Source: Takakia lepidozioides (lineage: Eukaryota; Plantae; Bryophyta). From it: 64,000 nucleotides of DNA. The position numbers were made by a program, and so were the translations under genes. Each line of letters opens with the position of its first letter. The first letter of the stretch is position 1. Positions 54,385 to 64,000 of this stretch are shown one piece after another. The notes below the pieces were generated by a model that was not told the origin of the DNA, ran no database searches, and saw only the letters and a list, made by a program, of their open reading frames with translations. The stretch covers positions 26,722,001-26,786,000 of the forward strand of contig CM060731.1 of NCBI GenBank assembly GCA_030704615.1, read 5' to 3'.

Positions 54385-55680
54385 ATAGATGAGGCCGAGG
54401 CGTCCGGGGTCGTTGAGGGCTTCTTTTAATTGCACGTCCCGAGTGTCCGAGCATATGAGATGACTAGTGGGCTAGAGCCGATTCCGTAACTGTCGGTTGG
54501 GAATTGAGTTAGGGCATTAGGGATACTAATTGGTAAGCCACAGATGCGCTTCGTGAGGTGGACAATGTTTTTGTCAAGTTTTTTTATGTCAGGCATGGAG
54601 AAGGGGTGCAACGTGGAACGAATATTGAATTTGGGTTTGTAGCACCGATCGAATGATAGATAGTTTAGGGCGAATGACGATTGGGGATTTGAGTAGGGCC
54701 AGACTTTTATTGGCAAGCTTGGATGACGTGGCTTCTTTCCGGATATGCCAGGTGAGGGAGGGTACTAGTTGTATACTTAGGTACGTGTATGGCTCGTCAA
54801 GGAAGGAGAAGGGTTTGTTTAGATATATAGAGTTTACAATGCGAGGCAATGGCGGTTTTGGTAAGCCGGCTGTGGCGTGTTGTTGTTGTGATAGCGCATT
54901 TATGTAAACTAAGTTCCATGCCTGGCCATTGGTTGAAGCGATATAATTTGGTGACTTGTCGATTTAGGTGCTGCGGTTTGTGCACGAGGATGGCGAGGTC
55001 ATCTGCGTATGCTGCAGCATCTAAGTAGGGCTTCTAGGAAGATAATGAATAGGTAGGGGCTTAAAGTGTCTCCTTGAATAGTGCCCCGTAGAATTGGAAT
55101 AGGTGGGGTGGAGCCGTAGTATGCACCAAAGTATTCAGTTGTACTGTTTGTGTAGATGTTACCTATAAGTTGGACAGCGTTAGTGGGGTATCCAAGATTG
55201 AGCAGGATAGCAAGTAATCTGGCTGGTCCAGGGAACCAAAGACATTCTTAAAGTCAATGTATAGGAGATATGTATCTTGGTTTGTAAGTTTAGCTCCTCG
55301 AGGGCAGATATGACATATTGTATTTGTCGAGTTGTACTTCGTGTGGCTTGGAACCCTTCTTGGGGGTCACTAAGGATGCGGTGTTGTTCTCCATAGCTTG
55401 AAAGCATTGTGGTGAGCGTGCTAGTGAATAGTTTATATATGGTATTGGCCAGTGCTATGAGTCTGTAGTTGTTGAGATCCGCAGGGTCGCCTTTTTTGAA
55501 GAGCAAGATGGTACGGCTATGCTTCCAGGAGTGTGGGATACATTGTAATCGATAACATAGATGGAAGAATTTAAAGAGGAGGTGATGGAGTTGAGGGTCA
55601 AGTGCTTGAAAGTTGGAAGTATGGTGTTCGGTTTAAGATCAGGGCTAGGGGCTTTCGAATTGAATAGGTTTTAAGGCAAG
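54385..55680 (-). mobile_element. Non-LTR retrotransposon RT, RandI/Dualen-like; degenerate
   Basis: KKGDPADLNNYRLIALANTIYKL, QEGF..TRSTTRQI, YIDFKNVF, RGTIQGDTLSPYLF, AAYADDL, YTYLSIQL and ALNDPGRLG. Confidence 0.75.
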
Positions 55681-57559
55681 ACTCATAAAAATCGATTGAT
55701 TATGGACACCATGGCATTGGCCTGATACCTGATAAATCTTAATCTGATACTATCCATGGCATGATATAGATGGCTTCTCCCTAGACAATAGGGGCTCCCT
55801 AACAAACCGTATACTCGATCACACTGTGTAGAGAGACATGAGTGAAGCTGTGGAATGAATGGATGAGTGAATGGAACCTGGTAGTTACTGAAGCAATTTG
55901 ATGCTTCAGTATACACAGTAAGGTAATTTGCTAACATGAAGGCAAGAAGAAATACAAATAGGAAGCACAACCATGATTCACTAGCTGTAGGTCATGATTG
56001 ATTGTTCTGAGTGGGCTGAGTGCTTAGAGATATCCAACTCTTTTATCTTGGAGTTTCCACCTCGGATAGTGAAGGGATGGGTGAGTAAAAGCCGCTCGAC
56101 ATTTGGCGACCATACTGGGGAACTGGGTCAAGAACAACCAGATGTGACAGGCATCTGGTGGGATCATGGTGGTTGGAGAATTAAAGAATTTGATGTGAAT
56201 CAAATTCCCTGTGGAACTGAGAAAGAAAGGTTGTCCAAGCAATTCTTTCAGAGATTCTTGGAATTGCCAGACGGTTGCAAGGAAAACATTCTTAAGAGAG
56301 TGCATGATGCAGATCCTGAGTAGGGTCTGGAGAAAGGAGTGATAAAGATTTATCAGGTGGCCTGTAGAGGGAGAGCAAGTTGGTTACCAACGCTAGTTTA
56401 TGTGATAGCGTTGCTATCCATTAAACGAGTGGAGTTTGAAGGCTGGGAGGAACGGAAAGTGAATGTTTACACTCATATGCATGAAGAGTTGGTACTGGTA
56501 AATAATTGGATTCCTAAGGATATCCTGTGGATCAAACTGACACCAAGAACAGCTTTTCAGACGTGCTTGCCATATGGATATATGGTAACAAAGACTTCTA
56601 GTATAGCCAAGGGTGCATTGAAGCTTGAAAGAAACCCAGGCATATACGAGAGATACTACAGAAGAGAGTTTTGGTTATTGCATCATTGAAGATATGAAAG
56701 ACATGGGACATGAGTGATGAAAGAGAAGCTAGACTTCACAGATATTCAGCAAAAAGAGAGTTATTTGAAAGCTAATTATCCATATCTTTGGGAGAGAGGA
56801 ATAGACATAGGAGAATCATCTGGACCTCTCACACCATTAAGGTCGAAGAGTACATCACCCATACTGGAGGAACCGGAGTTGGATGCCACTCCTTCTTTCT
56901 TTACAAGAAAGATTAAGGGATTTGGTACATGAAGAAGATCAGCTATGAGGGGAGAGATCTGAGGTACATCCCTGGATAAAAGATTTGACAGAAATCTTTG
57001 ATAAGAGTTGGCATGGAACACCAAAAGCAGGAACTCCAGTTTCTGAAACGGAAGACAAAGAAGGAGGGGAGGATGTGGTAGAGCCAACGGAGAGTTCAGA
57101 CTCTCCAACACCATTGCAATTGAGTTACATGAGTGAAGAAGAAGAAACCCAATGGCATAACTTGGAGGATGAAAACAGAGAGAAGAAATTGGAAGATGAA
57201 GAGTATGAAGAAGTAGACCCAACAGTTGAGGTTGAGACTACAACCAGGACATCCCAACCTGTTGGACTTGGATCAAGTGGAGCACTTGGATCACAGGCCA
57301 ACGAAGGTGTCGGCTCAGGGGGATCAGGCGGGCAGCCTGGATCTGGCTCTGGGGGGACAGGGAGTGTGGGAAGTAGTGCAACTGGAGCTGGAATACTGTG
57401 AATATAGTGGGCCAGTAGCAGGGAGTGCTCAGGGGCCAGCACCTGGTGGGAGTTCCACCACTACTATAAGAGGTCCTCAAGGACAAGGACCAGCAGGGGG
57501 ACCAGCACCTGTCAGTGGGCAGGGTGTAGGGCCCTAGATGGTGGTACAACCAACACGGG

Positions 57560-58670
57560 CAAAACCACTTTTCCAATATATGCAGGTAAAAAGGATCCTG
57601 ATGTACACATCAGCCAATTTGACCACATGTGTATTGTGAACAATGAAAATGGCGATGATGCCAAGATGAGACTGTTTCCATGTTCACTTATTAAGAAAGC
57701 AAGTGAATGGTATGCAAGATTCCCTGATAATCATTTCCTAACCTGGAATGGCCTGAGTACAGCATTCCGAAACAGGTTTAGGACAAGCAAAACTTAGGAT
57801 GAAGTGTATGGGAGTTTACAACAGTTAAAGCAAAAGAAGCATGAAACTGTTGAGGAGTACATGGAAAAGATGGAATTGATGATGAAAAAGTTGGCTGCTG
57901 TGTCAGCACCAGGGTTACAGAAGACCTGGTTTGTGAGTGGACTAAGACCTGAATTACAAAAGAAAGTGGATATGCTACCCCATAATACAGTGGAAGAGGC
58001 ATTTGAAACAGCCAACAGAATTGAGCAATTGGGGATGCTCAGAAGAGAGAAAATGGATGATGAGGACTCTGAAGAGGAGTCAGATGAGGAAGAAGAGCAA
58101 GAGCTCAAAAGGAAGAGTAAGAAGAAGGAAAAGTTGAAGAGGGAAAACTATGAGAAAAGACTGGAGGAGATCTTAAAGAAGTATGCCACAGAGGCTGCAA
58201 CACATTGGAGGAAGGGTGTTTGGTGTGCAAAATGCCAGAATGAAGGCCATACCACAGCTAAATGCCACATGAAGGAGAAACACTATACTATCTGTAAAAT
58301 GGATAACCATTCTACTGAGAATTGTTACTACAACAGAAGAACAGCTGCAAGAGAACCTAGGCAAGTAAGGGTGCATCAAGTGCGGCCCCAGCCAAGAAGA
58401 AACAATGATCAGGACCACTATGGAAGGCTTGGTGGTTATAACAATGGTATGGAAGGTAGAGGTAATCCAAGAGGGAATTACCAAGGCAATCCCAGAGGCA
58501 ACTATTAGGGTAATCCAAGGGGGAATTACCAGCCAGGGAATCAAGATTATAGAAATAATCCCAGAGCAGATCAAGGGCGAGGACCCAATGGTGAAGAACT
58601 GTGTTACTATTGTAATCAGGCAGGACATCGCAAGGCAGCCTGTTCATTCTGGATTAGACACCAGAATGAA
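57560..58670 (+). pseudogene. Gypsy gag with CCHC zinc knuckles and RGNYQGNP repeats
   Basis: DPDVHISQF, LFPCSL..KASEWY, LKQKKHETVEEY, FVSGLRPEL, CAKCQNEGHTTAKC and CYYCNQAGHRKAAC. Confidence 0.88.
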
Positions 58671-59169
58671 ATGAGAGCTCCTGTGAATGAGGGCCCAGTG
58701 GTGGCAGCTCACATGGTTAGGCCATGTGTTGTACAAGAAGTAAGTACAATGATAGTAACCAGAAGCAAAGCTAAACTAATACCTCCAGTAGATGAGGAAG
58801 ATGATGATAATGAAGATGGCAGTGATGTGCCTGAAGATGATGAGGCTTGTAGAGATGAGAAGGAACTGCACAAAGAAGTGGCTGATACCATAAGAGAAAT
58901 GCAGAAGAGTACTGATATCCCTATGGCAGATTCCTCTGATTCTGAAAGAGAAGATGAAGTGAGTGAGAATGAAGTGAAGAAAGAAGCTGCACAAGTGCAG
59001 GGTAATGAAGGGACTTTGGCTGAAGTGATATGCCAGTCCAAAGCGGAGATTACCATTGGACAGCTATTGGCTGTGGCACCTCATTGTAGGCACAGGCTGT
59101 ATCAAGCAATTAATCAGATTGCTCATGTGACAGGGCTATACTGTGAAGCCAGAAGGGCGAGAAACAGTC

Positions 59170-62100
59170 ATGGACTTTGATGATTCTATGCCAGTAATCC
59201 AAATGAGAATTGGAAGCACAGACTTGACTGATGTACTGATAGATGGAGGCTCGGTAGTGAATATTATGACAGACCAATTAAGGCAGAAGCTTGGTCTGAA
59301 TAGTATGAAACCAGCCCCCTTCACAGTAACAATGGCAGATCAAAGGAGTGTACAACCATTAGGCTTGATAAGAGGAGTTAAGATACAGATTCAGAAGATG
59401 ATCTTTAAGATCACAGTGACTGTGTTGAAAATGGATGATGTCATGGAAGCTTACTCCTTATTGCTGGGTTGACCATGGCTGAAACAGGCCAGGGTATTCC
59501 ATGACTGGAATTCCCAGTTACTAACTGTGCATGAGGGGAAGCGCAAGATACAAATCACCACTAAGAAATCTAGTAGACTACCTGCTACGAGAAGACCTCG
59601 AGCAGTCAGAGAGTATGACTGGAGGAAATGACTTGATGAGGAGCAGGAAGCTACCCTGTTTGCTGCACACCAGGAGTGGGAGCAGGTTGCAGAAATGCAA
59701 CTGGAAGGCCTAAGTTGTTTAAAAGGTATGTGATGTGGTGTAGTAACAGCAACACCAATTGAGGGTGAAACAAGCAGTTACCCACCACATTTCTATGAAG
59801 AAAGAGAGGGAGAAATGGAAATCCTAGAAGAACCAGCCATTGTGAGTTTACAGGATGAAGTAGTGACTGGTTGGACAATCACAGCTGATGAGCAGGTGAG
59901 AGAAGTGAATGTGGGAACTGAGGAGGAACCGAGAATGGTGAAAGTAGGGGCTGACTTGGAGCCAGAATTCTTTGAGGAAGCTAAGAGTCTGTTCATCAAA
60001 TACAGAGATGTATTTGCTTGGAGCTATGAGGATCTGAAAGGGATACCACCTGAGATCTGTCAGCATAAGATTGAACTGGAACCAGGGTCAGTACCAATCA
60101 AACAGGCAAGGTACAGAATGAATCCCAACTATGCACAGAAGGTTGGGGAAGAGATCAAGAAGTTGGCTGAGGCTAAGTTCATATACCCGATAGAGTATAC
60201 AACATGGTTGTCACCCATTGTGATAGTTCCCAAGAAGAATGGTAAACTGAGAGTTTGTGTGAACTATAAGAAGTTGAATGCTTGTACAAAGAAAGATCAT
60301 TTCCCTTTGTCATTCACAAAAGCGGTGGTGGACACTGTGGCAGGCCATGAGATGTACTCATTCATGGATGGCTTCAGTGGGTATAACCAAGTGCAAGTGG
60401 CAGAAGAAGACCAGGGAAAAGACAGCTTTCATCACAGACTGGGGTGCTTATGCATACAAAGTCATGCCTTTTGGACTTTGTAATGCACCAACAACTTTTC
60501 AGAGAGTGATAAGTGAATCTTTCCATGAGTATCTGGATGATTTCATGCAGGTGTTCTTAGATGACTTCAGTGTGTACAGTTCTAAGAATGAGCACTTGCA
60601 TAAATTGGAGTTATGTTTGGCCAGATGCAGGATGAGAGGTCTGGGCCTGAATCCAGAAAAGTGTACTTTCTGTGTGAACTCAGGGGTACTTTTGGGACAC
60701 ATTGTGTATAAGAGGGGACTGCTTGTGGATCCCAGAAAGACAGAGGCTATTAAAGCGTCTCCACCACCAGGAAATGTTAAGAGTCTAAGGAGATTCCTTG
60801 GACAAACCAGTTATTACAGAAGATTTGTCAGACGGTATGCACAGATAGCAGCACCATTGAACAAGCTTCTGAAGAAAGATGCAGTGTTTGCATAGACAGC
60901 TGAATGTCAGCAGGCTTTTGAGGAACTTACATTGTCCGTAACAACTACACCTGTGCTGATTAACCCTCACTGGCATGTAGTATTTCATGTTCACTGTGAT
61001 GCCTCAGGAGAAGCATTGGGGAAGTGTTAGCCCAAAATGTTACAGGAAACATAGATTCACTTGTGTACTATGCTAGCAGGTTGATGAACAGTGCTGAAAG
61101 AAACTATAGCACAACTGAAAGAGAAGCATTGGCAATGATTTATGCAGTCAAGAAATTCAGGCATTACTTATTGGGAAGGAAGTTCATGTTTTATGTGGAT
61201 CATCAGGCTTTGATTTATCTGGTGAACAAGCCTTTGATAAGTGGCAGGATAGCAAGATGGTTAATAATCTTGCACGAGTTTGAGTTCGAAGTTGTTTACA
61301 AGCCTGGCCGTTTGCATCTTGTGGCAGATCACTTGTCACGCCTATCAACAGAAGAGCCCGCCACGGGAGTAGACGACCAACTACCTGATGCGAGTTTATT
61401 TGCAGTGGAGGTGCAGGGAAGTGCAGATGTTGGAGATTGCAGTGGCCAATCAGATACTACCTTACTCATGGTCAGTGCCCACCTAGTTATGGGAAGGAGC
61501 AGAGGAAGAGAATAGCTATCAAGGCTTTACCCTACACTATGATAGGGGGGGCAGATTGTATAAGCTAGGACCTGATGGAGTTCTTAAACGATGCTTGTAC
61601 CACCATGAAGTAAATAAAGTTTTGGAAGAAGTTCATAAAGGAGTGGCTGGAGGTCATTTTGGAGAGGAGACTACCAGTAGAAAAATACTACTTGCAGTTT
61701 ACTGGTGGCCTACTTGTTCAAGATGTGCATAAGTATTGCAAGAGTTGTGATGAGTGTCAAAGGCTAGGACCTTTGCAAAGATCTGGGAAGATGGCTTTGC
61801 ATCCTACGATGCCTACTGAACCATACCAGAAATGGGGACTAGATTTTGTTGGACCAATAAACCCACCAGCCAGAAATACACAGAACAAGTATATAATCAC
61901 AGCCACTGATTATACTACAAAATGGGTGGAAGCTAAAGCTCTGAGGGACAACACAGCTAAGTCTACAGCAAGGAATCTGTATGAGAACATACTTACAAGA
62001 TTTGGCTGTCCCCTGGAATTTATTAGTGACCGAGGAAGTCACTTCATTAATGAGACTATAGAACTATTGACTAAGAGTTCATGATTGTGCACAGGAAGAG

Positions 62101-62700
62101 TACAACCTATTACCCACAGGGTAATGGGCAGGCAGAAGCCACCAACAAAATACTATGTACTATTTTGCTTAAGATAGTCAATGCAAACAGAACGGATTGG
62201 GATACAAAGCTGTTGATAGCTTTGTGGTCATACAGGACTTCATATAAAGTCACCACTAAGTGTACACCATTCCAATTAGTTTATGGTATGGAAGCTTTAC
62301 TTTCAGTGGAATTCTTGTTACCTACCATGAGAACTGAATGGGGAAGGAGAATGGAATTGGAAGATTCAATTAAAGTCAGGAAACATGAATTATATCATGT
62401 GGAAGAAGTACGTGCTGATGCAGCAGATAACATGACCAGAATTCAGATGAAGAGAAGGAAGGATCATTTGATGAAGGTAAATTAAGAACTTTTAAGACGG
62501 GTGATTTGGTTCTGTGGTTGCAGAAGAAGGGAAAGATTAAAGCTTCTAAGCTTAAGTCACCATGGAAAGGACCTTATGTCATACAGAAGATGTATGATAA
62601 CAACACAACCATGTTACAAACCATTAACAAAGAGATGCTGGGAAGAGTCAATGCCAATAAGTTGAAGGGATACAGTGGTATCCATGACAAACCATTGCAG
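59170..62700 (+). pseudogene. Gypsy pol: aspartic protease, RT, RNase H, integrase
   Basis: LIDGGSVVN; SPIVIVPKKNGKLRVCV; MDGFSGYNQ; MPFGLCNAP; FLDDF; HCDAS; NYSTTEREAL; GHF..CDECQ; WGLDFVGP; SDRGSHF; PQGNGQAE; WKGPY. Confidence 0.93.
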
Positions 62701-62825
62701 CATGATTTGCATATTGAAACACAAAAACAGTCACGGGCTGCACCGGTGATATCAACGGAGCATGAAGCACTTGTTGTAGAGCCAAATGTGTATGGCCTGA
62801 GTGGAGAACATGGATGTTCACACCG

Positions 62826-62900
62826 TTATCACAGCCCACCACAACATCACACAGCCTATCACAGCCCACCACAGTTTGACACAATCTGTCACAGCCCAAC
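62826..62900 (+). repeat. 3 x ~30-bp tandem repeat (tcacagcccaccacaa...) downstream of the integrase
   Basis: atcacagcccaccac / gtcacagcccaacac recur at 30-bp spacing. Confidence 0.75.
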
Positions 62901-64000
62901 ACCGCCCACACGGGTTGCACAGTCCATAGGGTTAGTGACAGGTGGACGCGGGTTAACGTCAGAAAAGTGGCCGGCAAGTGAAATGACAGCTTGGAAGTCA
63001 GATTCGGAGAATGTGCCACGAGGTCAGGGGAAGACGGAGGCGTGTCTAAAAACGGGCACGTGGCCACTAGGGCGAAGCACACCACGGGGCATATATTGCA
63101 AAAGTGGGTGTCATCATGCAAGAGGACAAATTGGGCCGTCAAACTACCCGGTACATCAACCAAAACTATTTGTGGGCCCATTAATGCATTCAGGGCAAAC
63201 CCTTTACGAGTACAGAAAAAGGGGACTTTTGCCACATGTGCTGTCCTAGTGGACATTCCAGGTGGGAATGTCCACTGAGGGGGGTAAAATTAAGAAGTTA
63301 CCCAAGGAGGCAACAGCCAACCAGGAGCGAGAATTTTATGCAGGTGGTTCCCTCCAAGAAACAAGAACAAGAAATTAGAAGAGTTATGAGCGGAAGAGGG
63401 GGCTCCGAATAACCAGTGTCTCGATGGGAGGGGCAATCAAAGCTATAACTTTGTAGCTATGGCGGATATTACAGATTATACGCTCGTTTTACTTCTTACA
63501 CAGTGGCGCAAGGACGGACGGGTTGAGAGTACATTCTCTCTCACTCGATACTTGCAAGCTCCACAGGCTTACATGCACTTACCCGTTCCTTTCTGTGCCA
63601 ACCATACTTTTATGCTCCACGCCTTGCAAGCTTTCCTAGAGCTATTTCAAACAAGGCCATCTTGTTTGTCTGGAATGAAGAGAATTTGGGGAATGGAGGA
63701 TGTCAGGGTGAAGAGCACCACGATTCTGCAGAAGCAGACAATTGCTACACCCTAGGCTGTGCAGCTGTTGAAGGAGTTGCGATTGGAAGGACTGCTACGC
63801 AAGGAATGGTCCTTGCATCATAGGGCGCTCATGATACAATTCATTCAGAACTTTGAACCTCAGACGGGAGTTACACAAGTGAGGGAGTAGATATAGAGAT
63901 TACTCCCCAATACTTGCAGCAATTGTTTGAATTACCATCAGGCCGTGTAAATGTGGATGAGCATAGGGCAAGATTGCAGATAGGCAATTTGTTCCAAGAA

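Larger units (their letters stand above)
55690..64000 (+). mobile_element. Ty3/Gypsy LTR retrotransposon internal region (non-chromovirus, Athila/Tat-like), decayed, continues beyond the window
   Basis: Domain order gag-PR-RT-RH-INT with accessory ORF remnants on both sides. Multiple stops and frameshifts. Confidence 0.92.

Overview
Eukaryotic nuclear DNA from a land plant. A non-seed plant (bryophyte, lycophyte or fern) is inferred from the GT-AG introns, the PLS-DYW PPR gene and the transposon set. The first 15 kb holds three intact spliced genes: RBX1 (-), OHP1 (+, head-to-head with RBX1) and a GDSL lipase (+). At 16-22 kb is a degenerate L1-type LINE with a CRE-like RLE retroelement nested in its RT. 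At 21.8-30 kb is a PPR locus: a PLS-class PPR-DYW editing-factor gene (+) whose N-terminus is built from duplicated OSB/PTAC9-type 'PDF' ssDNA-binding motifs, plus an inverted, DYW-truncated paralogous copy 5' of it. Next come a complete-ended hAT transposon (TIRs and 8-bp TSD), a disrupted class III peroxidase gene, L1 3' fragments, a RandI/Dualen-like LINE carrying a chromodomain, and a decayed Ty3/Gypsy element running off the window. The top candidate for novelty is the PDF-motif/PPR/DYW-deaminase fusion; the chromodomain-bearing Dualen-like LINE is second. All family calls are from motif recognition by eye, with no database search. The dense frameshifts in the PPR repeats may be sequencing or assembly errors.
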